The translations under genes and the position numbers were made by a program. From the NCBI GenBank assembly GCA_041687695.1, contig JAWLBL010000023.1, positions 51,937 through 115,936 of the forward strand: a stretch of DNA of 64,000 bases, written 5' to 3'. The DNA comes from Myxococcota bacterium (GTDB taxonomy: Bacteria; Myxococcota_A; UBA9042; PHBI01; JAWLBL01). Under the pieces are notes generated by a model. The model worked only from the letters and a program-made list of their open reading frames with translations. It searched no databases and had not been told where the DNA came from. Numbering within the stretch: position 1 is the first letter of the stretch; each line of letters starts with the position of its first letter. This document shows positions 45,188-55,429 of the stretch, one piece after another.

Positions 45188-46458
45188 CAGGCCACCTCCT
45201 CGCCGGCCCGCTGCTCGATCAAGGCCTCGAGCGCCCGCCACGCCGCCCCCGTCAGCGCCGCCCGCAGGTCCGGCCCGGGCCCCAGCTCGCCCCACTTGCC
45301 CCCGCCCAGGCGCTCGGCGGCCTCGGAGGCCCGCCCCAGCAGGTCGCCGCCCTCACCGCGTTGCAGCGCCACCAGCCGCGCCGCGATGCGCCCGGCCGGC
45401 GTCGGCTGCGCCGCCAGCGCCTCCAGGTCGACCACCGGCCGCGTCTCGTCCACGACCCGCTCGATGATCCAGGGCCGCCCCACGTCCAGCACGCGCTCGC
45501 CGCCCTCGCAGTCCTGCGCGAAGCGCCGCACCGCCGCCCGCGCTCGCAGCCGCCCGGTCAGCCGCACCCGGGCCACCACGCAGCGCAGCCGCGGGTCGTC
45601 GAAGGTCGCCTCGGCGCCCACCCGCCGGAAGGCCTCATGCACGCGCACCTGAACGTCCTCGGCCTCGACGAAGTCGTCGTCCAGCGCCACCTCGACCGCC
45701 TCCCAGCGCACCGGCGCCAGCGGCACCTGCCGCGCCTGCACCCGCCCGCCCGCGACCCGCACCTCCCACGGCCCGCGCGCGCCGGTCTCGCCCGCGTCCA
45801 GCCCGACCAGCGACCCCAGATAACCCATTGGCCGCGCCGCCAAATCGTCGGGTCGGTGGATGTGTCCAAGAAAGAACGCCCCGGCGCCGCAGGCCTCCAT
45901 CCGCTCGCGGCGAATCGGCGCGTATTTCGACTTGCTGGCGCCCAGCTCTCCGTGCACCACGCCCACGAGCGTCGCCTCGGCCCGCCGGCCCGCCAGCGCC
46001 GCGGCCAGGGACGCATGCTCGAACGGGTCCTGCCGGTACTCGGCCCGCGGGAAAGACCACCCCATGAGATCGATCGGCGCCCCGTCCCCCGGCACCGCGA
46101 CCCGCTCCCACGTCCCGCCGTCCCCCAGCAGCGTGAACCCTTCGATGCGCTGCGACAGGCGTGGAAGCACGACCCCGTCGTGGTTGCCCGCCACCCCGAA
46201 CACGGCCACGCCGGCCTCGACCAGCCGCCGCACCCCCCGCTCGAGGTGGCCATAAGCCTCGAACCGGTCCTTGTCGGCGTCGACCACGTCGCCCGCCAAC
46301 ACCACCGCCCGCGCCCCAGCCTCGACCGCGTGCTCGACCGTCGCCCGCCACCCGGCCGCCGGCGACAGCGCGTGCGCCGTCAACCCCACCTGCTCCAGCG
46401 CCGCCCCCAGCCGCGCCGGCCTCCGCCCCAGGTGCATGTCCCCTACGAACAGCAGCAT
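45187..46458 (-). CDS. Mre11/SbcD (YhaO-like) metallophosphoesterase nuclease
   Basis: 423 aa; GDMHLG, AGDVVD, GNHD, VHG, LGHIH; TGATG overlap with the ATPase. Confidence 0.9.
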   Translation of the reverse strand: MLLFVGDMHLGRRPARLGAALEQVGLTAHALSPAAGWRATVEHAVEAGARAVVLAGDVVDADKDRFEAYGHLERGVRRLVEAGVAVFGVAGNHDGVVLPRLSQRIEGFTLLGDGGTWERVAVPGDGAPIDLMGWSFPRAEYRQDPFEHASLAAALAGRRAEATLVGVVHGELGASKSKYAPIRRERMEACGAGAFFLGHIHRPDDLAARPMGYLGSLVGLDAGETGARGPWEVRVAGGRVQARQVPLAPVRWEAVEVALDDDFVEAEDVQVRVHEAFRRVGAEATFDDPRLRCVVARVRLTGRLRARAAVRRFAQDCEGGERVLDVGRPWIIERVVDETRPVVDLEALAAQPTPAGRIAARLVALQRGEGGDLLGRASEAAERLGGGKWGELGPGPDLRAALTGAAWRALEALIEQRAGEEVA

Positions 46459-46714
46459 CTCGCGCCCCCAAGCCACGGGCGCACCCTGCCACGCCCGCCG
46501 GCCGTTGAAAAGGCCATCGCGGCGGGCGACGTCGCGGTGAGCCGCCGAGCTGGGGTCGCTCGGCTGACCGACGAAGGGGCGCATCGGCGGGCTTGCGGAT
46601 CACCGACGAGAGGCGCAACATGGCCTCGAACGGTGCGATCGCACCCTCCGTTGGCCCTGGGCGCGAAACGTCGAACATCAAATCCGTCGCAAGTGCACAT
46701 CGAGAGGTGATTGC

Positions 46715-46963
46715 GTGGCTGTCAAATTCGAGTATTACGACGACTGGCAGGGGCAGCCGCTGTCCTGCTCGTGCGGCTGGACGGGCGTCCTGGACGACGA
46801 CGGGACCGAGCTGTACGACGCGCTGATGGATTACAAGTGCCCGCGCTGCGAGCGCGTGCTGGCCATCATCATGTACCCGACCGATCAGGACATCCACGAG
46901 ACGGCGGCCAAGGGGCACCCGCAGGCCCTGGCGCAGCTGGCGCGGATGCGCGGCGGGGGCTGA
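46715..46963 (+). CDS. Small putative zinc-ribbon protein
   Basis: 82 aa; CSCGW...CPRC; GAGG RBS before GTG. Confidence 0.7.
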   Translation: MAVKFEYYDDWQGQPLSCSCGWTGVLDDDGTELYDALMDYKCPRCERVLAIIMYPTDQDIHETAAKGHPQALAQLARMRGGG

Positions 46964-47073
46964 GGCGCGGCGGGCCACGCACGAGCCTCCTCTGCACGGC
47001 AGTCCGCCCTTTGCCGTTGACAGTTTCCCCGGGTTTGGCGGTCCATGAACCGGGACTCGGCCGGGAGGGGGAC

Positions 47074-48654
47074 ATGAGGACGGTTCACATCGAGGCCAAG
47101 CGCCGTGGCGCGCCTCAGACGCTCGATGCGTTGCGGGCGGCCGTCGCAGGGGCCGCGGGGCTCGAGCTGACCGCGGCGGACGCGGCCACCCGCTCGGGCG
47201 TGCCGCTGGACGAGGCCGAGCCCGGGCTGCTGCAGCTCGCGCGCGAGTGGCCGTGCCGTCTGCGGGTGACCGACTCGGGCGCGCTGCTCTTTCGCTTCGA
47301 CCCCGTGCCGCCGCGGCCGGGTTGGCCCGCGCGCGTCCTGACGGCCACTGCGACGGCCTTGCGACGCCTGAGGGATCCGGGCATGGCCTTCCTGACGCTC
47401 CTTGTCACTCCGCCGCTCCTGTTCGGCACGGCGGGCAACGTCTTCGCGAACTTCGGCGGCGACTATCCCGGGTCCGGCGTGGCGACCGTCGCGTTCGGCC
47501 TCCCCTGGTTGGCCATCGCCCTGGTCGCCGGGCTGGCCGGCGTCCTGACCCTGGTGACGTTTCACGTCCTGCTGCTCGGGGGCGCCGGGATGCTGGCCGC
47601 GGCGGCCGCCCTGCTGGGCTCCCTCGTCCTCGAACCGAGCCGGCTCCTCGCGCCGTCCGCGTTGGGATATCTGGCGCTGGTGGCCGGGCTCGGCAGCCTC
47701 GGATGGTTCTTCACCCGGCTCACCTGGAGGCAGTACCGCGAGGCCTGCCTCCCCGGCCAGGAGTCCGCCGTGCGCGATCTCTGGCGCCTGGTCGGGCGGC
47801 TGCTCCTCGGGCCGCCCCGCGCGAACCCGGACCCGTTCGAGGACGAGCGGCGCCTGATGGCCCTCATCCGTGCCCGCGGCGGCGTCGTCACCCAGGTCGA
47901 TCTGATGGCGCTGTTCGGCTGGACCCCCGACGAGGCCGACCGCGAGGTCACGCGGGTGCTCGTCGACCACGGCGGCGACCTGACGGTCAGCGACGACGGC
48001 GCCGTCCTCTACGTGTTCGACGACCTGCTGCGTTCGGCCCAGCAGGCTCCCGCTCCAGCGCCACCTTGGATCTACGAGGCGCCGCCAAGGCCTCCCGCGC
48101 TCGTCGGCGTGCACGGCCGCGTGCTCGCGTTCCTCGGCGTCATCGCGGGGTCCAGCGTCACCGGTCTTGCGGCGATGCCCCAGCTGGCCGTGCTTCCCTT
48201 CCCGGTCGACTTCGCGCGCCTCGATGGAGGCCGGGCCCTGGGGCTGCCGCTGACTCTGCTGCAAGGGTTCGGCGCCTGGCCGCTGCTCGCGGTCGCGTCG
48301 GCCATCGCCCTGCGCCTGCCCGCCTGGGCCGTCCGCCGCCGGCGCTTCGCGCTTTGGGCGCGTAGGCTGCCGGTCATCCGCGCCGCGCACGGCGCCACCG
48401 AGGACGGCGAGTCGTTGGATGGCATCGACGCGGAGCTGTTGGTCCGCTTCGGAGGAGAGCGGGTCAGCGTCGATCTCGTGGGCTCCGCCGCGCCTCGCGT
48501 GGTCTTCCCCGAGCACGCGCGGGCGCAGGCGGCCGCCGAAGCGCTGCGCGCCGCACGCGCCATGGTGCGGCCGGACCACGAGGCCGTGACCTTCGACACC
48601 GAGGACGAGGCGACCTGGGGCCGCGGCGAGCCTGCGAGCCAGTCGGCCTCGTAA
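47074..48654 (+). CDS. Membrane protein with duplicated winged-helix-like motif
   Basis: 526 aa from ATG 47074 (GGAGGGG RBS); repeats LRVTDSGALLFRF and LTVSDDGAVLYVF; several TM helices. Confidence 0.7.
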   Translation: MRTVHIEAKRRGAPQTLDALRAAVAGAAGLELTAADAATRSGVPLDEAEPGLLQLAREWPCRLRVTDSGALLFRFDPVPPRPGWPARVLTATATALRRLRDPGMAFLTLLVTPPLLFGTAGNVFANFGGDYPGSGVATVAFGLPWLAIALVAGLAGVLTLVTFHVLLLGGAGMLAAAAALLGSLVLEPSRLLAPSALGYLALVAGLGSLGWFFTRLTWRQYREACLPGQESAVRDLWRLVGRLLLGPPRANPDPFEDERRLMALIRARGGVVTQVDLMALFGWTPDEADREVTRVLVDHGGDLTVSDDGAVLYVFDDLLRSAQQAPAPAPPWIYEAPPRPPALVGVHGRVLAFLGVIAGSSVTGLAAMPQLAVLPFPVDFARLDGGRALGLPLTLLQGFGAWPLLAVASAIALRLPAWAVRRRRFALWARRLPVIRAAHGATEDGESLDGIDAELLVRFGGERVSVDLVGSAAPRVVFPEHARAQAAAEALRAARAMVRPDHEAVTFDTEDEATWGRGEPASQSAS

Positions 48655-48800
48655 GGCCCACCAACGACGCGGCGCTCCGGGTCGTCCCCGCTTCGGCGGT
48701 GCGTGGTCGGCTGGCCGTGACATCAGCGCCTCGTGCGCGGTTGGCAGCCGCCGCGGAACGTGGACAATGGGCGGACCGCTCAACCCGTGGGGACGCTCCG

Positions 48801-50702
48801 ATGACCACGCTCGCGCTCGCTGCCCTGGTCGCCCTGACCGCCGCGCCGGAACCGGCGCCGACCCGCTGGATCGCCGTGATGGACCACACCGTGATGCGCG
48901 CGTCCGAGCAGGCGGTCGAGGCGGCCGGCGGGCGGACGCGGCGGTGCTTCGCGGCGGGGCGCGTGTGTGTGTTCGAACTGCCGGCGGGCGCCGACGGGCG
49001 CTGGGTGCTGGGGGCGATCGCGGGGGTGCACAGCGTTCAGCCCGACTACGCGATGCAGGTGGGGCCGTTCGGGCCGCAGCGGCAGAGCTTCGCCGACGCG
49101 GCGGGGACCGCCGACTGTGACGCACCGTGGGAGCTGGGCCCGCTGGGGCTCGAGGCGATGTGGGAGGAGGCGACCGGCCAGGACGCGCCGACGGTGATGG
49201 TGTGCGACGGCGGGTTCCGGCAGTCGCACGAGGACCTGCAGGGCGCCTTCGTGGGCCAGTGGGACTACGGCAACGACGACGCCGAGGCCGAGGTCGAGTG
49301 GGGCGTGGGCATCCCCTCGCACGGCACCTTCATCGCGGGGCTGCTGCGCGCGACGCCCGACAACGGGGTAGGGCGGGTCGGCCTGATGCCGCACGGGCGC
49401 GTCTTCGCGGCCAAGACCGCCAACAGCAGCGGCGACTTCTACCTGTCGGCCGCCATCGAGGCGATGGCCGACGCCGCCGAGGATCCCACCATCCGCGTCG
49501 TGTCCTACTCGCTCAGCGGCAACGGCTGGGACGACGCCTTCGCCGCGGCGGTCGAGGGCCTGGGCGCGCACGACACGCTGCTGGTGGCGGCCGCGGGCAA
49601 CTGCTTCTATCCGTACTGCCTCAACGGCAACAACGACAAGTACCCCGAGTACCCGGCCAGCTACCCCGGCGCCCACGTCATCGGGGTCGCCGGCGTCAAG
49701 CCGGGCGACGCCTGGAACAGCTACAGCCACTGGGGCGTGAAGAACGTCGACGTCGCCGCGCCCGGCACGCAGCTGTGCAGCCTGGGCGCCGAGGCCGACG
49801 ACGACACCTACGTCGCCGCGGGCACCAGCTACGCGACCCCGCTGGTCGGCGCGGTGGCGGCGCTGCTGATGGAGGCGCGCCCGGCCCTGAGCGCGGCCGA
49901 GGTCGCCGACATCCTGCGCCTGACGGCCAAGCGCACCGAGACCCTGTCGACCAAGGTGGCCTCGGGACGGGTCGACGGCGCGGCGGCGATGGCGATGCCC
50001 TGGCCCGACCTGCCGGCGCCCGCGCCAGCGACGGTCACCGCCTCGGCGACCCTGGCCGTCGACAACCGCGGCGCGCCCGGCGCGGCGACCCTGGTCGTGG
50101 GCCACGGGCCCCAGGTCGAGATCGGCGCGCCGGCCGGCTGGCAGGTCCAGGCGACTAGCGATGGCGTGACGCGGCTGACCGGGACCTTGCCCGGCCCGGG
50201 GCTGGTCGAGCTGATCTTGCCGGTGACCGCCGGCCTTGGCCCGCTCGAGCTGACGCTGCGCCTCGAGGCGGCCTCGCTGCTGCACGCCGAGCACACGCGG
50301 GCGACGCCGCTGCTGGGTGACGAGACCGACGCGACCGGGGCGCCGGCCTGGCTTTGGACGCTGACCGTCGTGGAGCACGAGCCCGAGCCGGATCCCGAGC
50401 CCGAGCCCGAGCCCGAGCCGGACCTGGGCCCGACCCCCGTCGACGAAGGGCCGGCCGCCGAGGTCGCCGAGGAGCTGGGCGGTCTGCAGCCGGGTCAGGA
50501 CGTGGCCGTCGGGGCGGAGGTGTCGCCCGAGGCCGATGCCGTGAGCGTGGCCCTGCCGGACGTGCGCGACGGATCGCCCGGCGACGGCCGGGCGTCCGGC
50601 TGCGCGGGCGGCGCCGCGGGCGGCGCGGTCTGGCTGGGGCTGGCGGTCGCCCTGTGGCGCGCGCGTCGCCGGGGTGTGACCCCCGAGAGGCGCCCCTTGT
50701 GA
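48801..50702 (+). CDS. S8 subtilisin-like serine peptidase with MYXO-CTERM-like tail
   Basis: VCDGG (Asp), SHGT (His), AAGN, GTSYATP (Ser); (EP)n linker; SGC-hydrophobic-RARRR C-terminus. Confidence 0.9.
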   Translation: MTTLALAALVALTAAPEPAPTRWIAVMDHTVMRASEQAVEAAGGRTRRCFAAGRVCVFELPAGADGRWVLGAIAGVHSVQPDYAMQVGPFGPQRQSFADAAGTADCDAPWELGPLGLEAMWEEATGQDAPTVMVCDGGFRQSHEDLQGAFVGQWDYGNDDAEAEVEWGVGIPSHGTFIAGLLRATPDNGVGRVGLMPHGRVFAAKTANSSGDFYLSAAIEAMADAAEDPTIRVVSYSLSGNGWDDAFAAAVEGLGAHDTLLVAAAGNCFYPYCLNGNNDKYPEYPASYPGAHVIGVAGVKPGDAWNSYSHWGVKNVDVAAPGTQLCSLGAEADDDTYVAAGTSYATPLVGAVAALLMEARPALSAAEVADILRLTAKRTETLSTKVASGRVDGAAAMAMPWPDLPAPAPATVTASATLAVDNRGAPGAATLVVGHGPQVEIGAPAGWQVQATSDGVTRLTGTLPGPGLVELILPVTAGLGPLELTLRLEAASLLHAEHTRATPLLGDETDATGAPAWLWTLTVVEHEPEPDPEPEPEPEPDLGPTPVDEGPAAEVAEELGGLQPGQDVAVGAEVSPEADAVSVALPDVRDGSPGDGRASGCAGGAAGGAVWLGLAVALWRARRRGVTPERRPL

Positions 50703-50803
50703 CCGGGTAGGCCCGATCCGCCTCTCGAGGGCCACCGACGTCGGCCGCGTCGCCGGCCCGCGTCCCCCCGGGCGCCGGCCTACGCCGCGGCGAAACGCAT
50801 GGG

Positions 50804-51394
50804 TCAGGGGGCCGCGTCGCGGTCCCACCCCAGGACGGGCTCGTAGCGGCGCACGCCGAAGAGCTTGAACAGACCGATGACGGTCAGCAGGCCCGCGGTC
50901 ACCAGCCGGTTGGTGGGGCGCGACGGGTACTGCGCGAGGCCGACCAGCAAGCGGCTGAGGTCGGAGAGCCGCGGCGTCCGCCCGTCGCAGACGACGGCCA
51001 GCGGGACCAGCGCGTCCTCCATCTTCGGCCCGTCCAGGGTGACGTTGACCACCGCCGGCTCCTGGCCGGGGTTGAGGAACTTGTGCGGCACGCCGGGCGG
51101 GACGGCGCACACGTCGCCCGGGCCGAGGTCGCGCGGGGTGCCCGAAACCCACAGGCGGAGCGTCCCGGAGACGACCTCGAAGGTCTCGGTCTCGTCGTCG
51201 TGCGTGTGCTCGCCGGGGCCGCGCTTGCCAGGCGCGAGGGTCCAGACGAAGCGGAAGCGCCCGTCGGGGGTGGAGCGCGACGAGGTCACGAACTCGAAGG
51301 TCTCACCAGAGGACGGGGACTCGGCGCGATAGCGCGTGGGTGCGAAGCGCGCTACGGCGCCCGGACGCGGCGCGACGGGATCGGCGACGTTCAT
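50804..51394 (-). CDS. Cupin domain protein
   Basis: EHTH...ETFEVVSG and VPPGVPHKF cupin motifs. Confidence 0.85.
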   Translation of the reverse strand: MNVADPVAPRPGAVARFAPTRYRAESPSSGETFEFVTSSRSTPDGRFRFVWTLAPGKRGPGEHTHDDETETFEVVSGTLRLWVSGTPRDLGPGDVCAVPPGVPHKFLNPGQEPAVVNVTLDGPKMEDALVPLAVVCDGRTPRLSDLSRLLVGLAQYPSRPTNRLVTAGLLTVIGLFKLFGVRRYEPVLGWDRDAAP

Positions 51395-51412
51395 GGTTTC
51401 TCTCGCGTGCGG

Positions 51413-51434
51413 GTGATGTTATCACTCCTAACAT
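51413..51434. promoter_or_regulatory. Putative TetR operator
   Basis: ATGTTA-N7-TAACAT (51416-51434), overlapped by GTGAT-GTT-ATCAC, in the 38-bp divergent gap. Confidence 0.65.
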
Positions 51435-52101
51435 GAGCGCCCGGGATCGTGTCAAGCCACGCTCGCCGCGCCGCAAGCCGGCCGGTCGGTTCCATCACGG
51501 CGACCTTGCCGAGCAGGCGGCCGTGGCGGCGGCCGCGCTGGTCGAGCGCAAGGGCCACCAGGGCTTCTCCATGCGCGAGCTGGCCCGCGAGCTCGGGGTC
51601 ACGGAGCCGGCGCTCTACCGCCACTACGAGGGGCGCGACGCCTTGCTCGCCGAGGTCGCCCTGCGAGGCTTCGAGGCCTTCGTCGCGGCCATGTTGGAGG
51701 TGCTCGACGAGCCGCTCGACCCGTTCGAGGCCGCGCTCCAATTCGGCAAGACCTACGTCCGGTTCGCCTTCACCCACCCGGGGTGGTTCCGCCTGCAGTT
51801 CTCACGCGCCTGGAACGAGGAGCTGGGACGGCGGCCCGGCGTCGGCGAGCGTCAGGCCAGCGCCGGGGTGATGCGCCTGCGCATCCTCGAGCGCCTCTGC
51901 GGCGCGCTGCCGGCCGGCGACGATCGGGTCGCCGATCTGTACCGGCTGGTCTGGGGCGCCGCGCACGGCCTCGCCACCTTCGTCGTCGAGCGCGTCTTCC
52001 AGCTCGTGCAGACCGATGAGGAGCGCATCGCCGCCGCCGACGAGGCGCTCACGCTGCTGGTCGACTCGCTCCGCGCGCGCGCCGAGGCCGCTCCGCGCTG
52101 A
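51433..52101 (+). CDS. TetR/AcrR regulator with WHG-type C-terminal domain
   Basis: FHHGDL, FSMRELARELGVTEPALYRHY, WGAAHGLA. Confidence 0.9.
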   Translation: MSARDRVKPRSPRRKPAGRFHHGDLAEQAAVAAAALVERKGHQGFSMRELARELGVTEPALYRHYEGRDALLAEVALRGFEAFVAAMLEVLDEPLDPFEAALQFGKTYVRFAFTHPGWFRLQFSRAWNEELGRRPGVGERQASAGVMRLRILERLCGALPAGDDRVADLYRLVWGAAHGLATFVVERVFQLVQTDEERIAAADEALTLLVDSLRARAEAAPR

Positions 52102-52159
52102 CGCCGCTCCGCAAAGCGCTTCGGTCGAGCCGGTGACTTCCTTATAGTCCGGGCGCCTC

Positions 52160-54253
52160 GTGCTCCGGAGTTCGCCGTTGTCCCTGCGCCCTGCCTCGCT
52201 CGCCCTCGTCGTAGCCACCCTCGTCCTCGCTTGCGGCGACGCCCCCGCGCCCAGCCCCGACAGCCAAACGGCCGACGCCGAGGACATCCTCGACGCCTCG
52301 CCCGACACCGACGACACGTCTGAGCCGGACGCCGTCGATCCGGACGCCACCACCGCGCCGGACGGAGATCCCGACGTCACCGCCGACGACGGCCCCGACG
52401 TCCCTCCGCCCGAGCCCCGCGCCATCGGCGAGCGCGCCCCCCGCACGGCCGCCTGCGACGCCGTCGATCCGACCCTCTGCCTGCTCCCCTGGCCCTCCAA
52501 CGTCTTCACCGCCCTCGACCCGGCCACCGACACCGGCGTCCGCCTCGCCGTCGACGGCGCCTCGCTCCCCGAAGACGACCCCCTGACCCGCCTGTCCCGC
52601 GCCGACGGCTTCTCGCGCGTGAGCCCCATCGTCACCGGCTTCGCCGATCGCCTCGACGCCGCCTCGCTCGACGGCCCCGACGGCCCGCCGGTCCGCCTGC
52701 TGGTCGCCGAGGGCGACCGCCTCGGCCAGGTCGAGCCGGTCCACTGCCAGACCTTCGAGGACGACGACCCGCCCCACGCGACCGCCCTCGTCTGCTTCCC
52801 CCACCGCCCGCTGGCCCCGGCCACCGAGCACCTCGTCGTCGTGCTGCGCGACCTCCAGACCGCCGACCAGACCCCCATCGCCGCCGAGCCGCTCGCCCAG
52901 GTCGCCCTCGGCCTCGTCCCACCCGCCGACCCCGCCGAGGCCGCCCTCCACGCCTACCACGCCCCGGCCCGCGCCGCCCTCACCGCCGCCGGCGTCGCCT
53001 TTGGCGACGTCGCCCGCCTGTGGGACTTCACCACCCGCTCGGCCGAGGATCCGCGCCGCGATCTGCGCGCCGTTCGCGACGCCCACGTCGCCGCCGTCGA
53101 CGCTGGCGCCTACGAGGTCGCCATCGACAGCGTCCAGACCTCGTGGAACCCCGACATCGCCCTGGTCGTCCGCGGCCGCCTGACCGGCCTGCCCAGCTTC
53201 GTCGAGCCCGACGGCGCGCTCGCCCGCGACGACGCCGGCCACCCGACCCCCATCGGCGTCCACGACGCCCCGTTCCGCGCGATGATCCCGGCGGGCGAGG
53301 GCGACTACCGGCTGGTCATGTACGCCCACGGCACGGGCGGCGACGTCGGCGACGGCTCCTTCGACGGGCTGATGGCCGAGTTCGGCGCCATGAAGCTGGG
53401 CCTCGAGATCGACGGCTGGACCGGCGCGACCCTGCCGGACACCCTGACCCGGCTGGCGACCCCCATCTGGGGCAGCGACGCCGTGGCGGCGCGCGTCGTC
53501 GAGTCCCTGGCGGGCGGCGCCGCGGTCCAGCGCGCCCTCGACGGCGCCCTGGGCGACGCGCTGGCCGCCGAGACCCTGGGCGACCAGCCCAACCCCGCCG
53601 CCGGCCGGCGCCCCGACACGACCACGCCGGTCTGGGCCGGCGGGTCGCTGGGGGGCACCATGGGCCTCGTGTACGGCCACCTCGAGCCGTCCATCCTGGG
53701 CGGCGTCCTGAACGTGCCGGGCGCCGCCGTGACCCACTGGCTGCCCGCCTCGAACTTCTATTGGCTGCTCGAGGGCCTGCTGAGCGATCGCCTGCAGGGC
53801 CCCGTCGAGACCCAGCTGGTCGTCGCCATGGCCCAGACCCTGTTCGACGCCATGGACGGCGCCAACTGGGCCGGCGGCTCGCCCACCGACCCGGTCTTCC
53901 TGGTCCAGATCAGCGTCGGCGACCCGGTCCTGCCCAACGTCGGCAGCGACATGGTCGCGACCGCCCTGGACGCCCTGCACGTCGGCGCGCCGCTGTACCC
54001 GCTGGTCGGCCTCGAGCCCGCCGACCAGGCCCTGGGCCGCAGCGCCGTCACCCAGTTCCAGGTCGCCGGCACCAGCGAGCTGGACGTCCACGGCTTCGCC
54101 GCCAAGGACACCGTCGCCGGCCAGGCCGCCCAGCAGCAGTTCATCGACTTCGTCACCAGCCTGTGGGACGGCGTCCCGCGCATCGACATCCCCCAGGCCT
54201 GCCAGGCCAACACGCCGGCCGGCAGCTGCGACTTCAGCGCCGCCGGTCCGTGA
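52160..54253 (+). CDS. Lipoprotein alpha/beta-hydrolase (lipase/esterase-like)
   Basis: VLAC lipobox; Asp-rich tether; PWPSN...DGFS N-domain; YAHG, GGSLGG nucleophile elbow, GDPVLPN, VHGF. Confidence 0.75.
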   Translation: MLRSSPLSLRPASLALVVATLVLACGDAPAPSPDSQTADAEDILDASPDTDDTSEPDAVDPDATTAPDGDPDVTADDGPDVPPPEPRAIGERAPRTAACDAVDPTLCLLPWPSNVFTALDPATDTGVRLAVDGASLPEDDPLTRLSRADGFSRVSPIVTGFADRLDAASLDGPDGPPVRLLVAEGDRLGQVEPVHCQTFEDDDPPHATALVCFPHRPLAPATEHLVVVLRDLQTADQTPIAAEPLAQVALGLVPPADPAEAALHAYHAPARAALTAAGVAFGDVARLWDFTTRSAEDPRRDLRAVRDAHVAAVDAGAYEVAIDSVQTSWNPDIALVVRGRLTGLPSFVEPDGALARDDAGHPTPIGVHDAPFRAMIPAGEGDYRLVMYAHGTGGDVGDGSFDGLMAEFGAMKLGLEIDGWTGATLPDTLTRLATPIWGSDAVAARVVESLAGGAAVQRALDGALGDALAAETLGDQPNPAAGRRPDTTTPVWAGGSLGGTMGLVYGHLEPSILGGVLNVPGAAVTHWLPASNFYWLLEGLLSDRLQGPVETQLVVAMAQTLFDAMDGANWAGGSPTDPVFLVQISVGDPVLPNVGSDMVATALDALHVGAPLYPLVGLEPADQALGRSAVTQFQVAGTSELDVHGFAAKDTVAGQAAQQQFIDFVTSLWDGVPRIDIPQACQANTPAGSCDFSAAGP

Positions 54254-54262
54254 CGGCCACGC

Positions 54263-55429
54263 TCACGGCCCGACCCCGCCGCAGAGCGTGAACCAGCCCC
54301 AGAACTTCAGGTCGACCGGGCCCATCTCGACGCCGTCGCGCGTCCAGGTGGGGTCGTCGCAGCCCGCGCCGGCGTCGAAGGTGACGACGACGTCGGCGGC
54401 GCCCTGCATCCGGACCTGCCCCGCGGTGGGCACGAAGCAGCTGGGCGTGTCCAGCCAGACCAGCGGCACCGGGGTCGTGAACAGGACGCTGCCCTCGCCC
54501 GCGACCTCCTGCCAGCCGGTCAGCCAGGTACCGCCGAGGTCGTCGCCCTCGCGGGTGATCTCGACCGCGGTCAGCTCGGCGCCCGTGACGAGGCTCGCGA
54601 TGGAGGGCATCCAGCTCGAGGGGACCGCCTTCAGCGACGCGGTTCCGGTCCAGGCGTAGCCGGACTCGCCGGTGTCCTGGTCGACGCGCATCTGGAGGTC
54701 GAAGGCCAGGTCGACCGGGGCCCCGCCGTCGTCGCCGACCAGCGTGACGGCGGAGGCGTCCAACAGGAACCCGCGCGGCTGGGTCGCGTCCTTGCAGACG
54801 TCGGTCCAGCTCGCGTCCCAGGCGCCGCTCAACGTCGCCGAGTAGGTGCCCGCGTCGAGCTGGCACGGCCCGACGAGGGCGCCGGAGACGGTCGAGCCGC
54901 TCCAGGTCTGCGGTCCCGGGCAGGCCTCGTCGCCCACGTCGTGTTGGCGCAGGACGATCTGGCGCACGGCCGAGCTGCCCAGCTGGTGCAAGTGGAACAT
55001 GCGCGCCACGTCCTCGGTCGTCGCCAATGGGTGCGACGTGGGCAGGGTGGGGCCCGGGCCGACCGCGTCGTCGGCGTCGAGCGTCGCCGCGTCTTGCATG
55101 GCGGCGGCGTCGCCGGGCGGGGCGCCGTCGACGTTCGTGTCGGCGGCGTCGGGCAGAGCAGCGTCGATGCTCGTGTCGGCGGCGTCGGGCAGAGCTTCCG
55201 CGTCGCCGTCGCCCTCGTCGCCGGTGTCCGCGCCGCCCTCCGGGTCGGATTCGGCGTCGGCGTGGTCCACGGCGGCGTCCTGCAGGGGCTTGGCATCGTC
55301 CTGCGGCTGGCCGTCGGCCGCGGCGTCTGGGGTCGGCGCCGCGGGCTGGGAGGGATCGCCGCAGGCGGCCAACAGGCACGCCGACATCACGCATCGGACG
55401 AGGGAGGGCTGCAACATGCTCGAGACCAT
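54263..55429 (-). CDS. Hypothetical lipoprotein
   Basis: LAAC lipobox; Asp/Ala-rich tether with duplicated ALPDAADT; beta-rich Cys-containing C-domain. Confidence 0.7.
   Translation of the reverse strand: MVSSMLQPSLVRCVMSACLLAACGDPSQPAAPTPDAAADGQPQDDAKPLQDAAVDHADAESDPEGGADTGDEGDGDAEALPDAADTSIDAALPDAADTNVDGAPPGDAAAMQDAATLDADDAVGPGPTLPTSHPLATTEDVARMFHLHQLGSSAVRQIVLRQHDVGDEACPGPQTWSGSTVSGALVGPCQLDAGTYSATLSGAWDASWTDVCKDATQPRGFLLDASAVTLVGDDGGAPVDLAFDLQMRVDQDTGESGYAWTGTASLKAVPSSWMPSIASLVTGAELTAVEITREGDDLGGTWLTGWQEVAGEGSVLFTTPVPLVWLDTPSCFVPTAGQVRMQGAADVVVTFDAGAGCDDPTWTRDGVEMGPVDLKFWGWFTLCGGVGP

Noticed and set aside
46460..46714. LexA/SOS box upstream of the repair genes
   Set aside because: No convincing match to LexA motifs I know, here or upstream of either lhr
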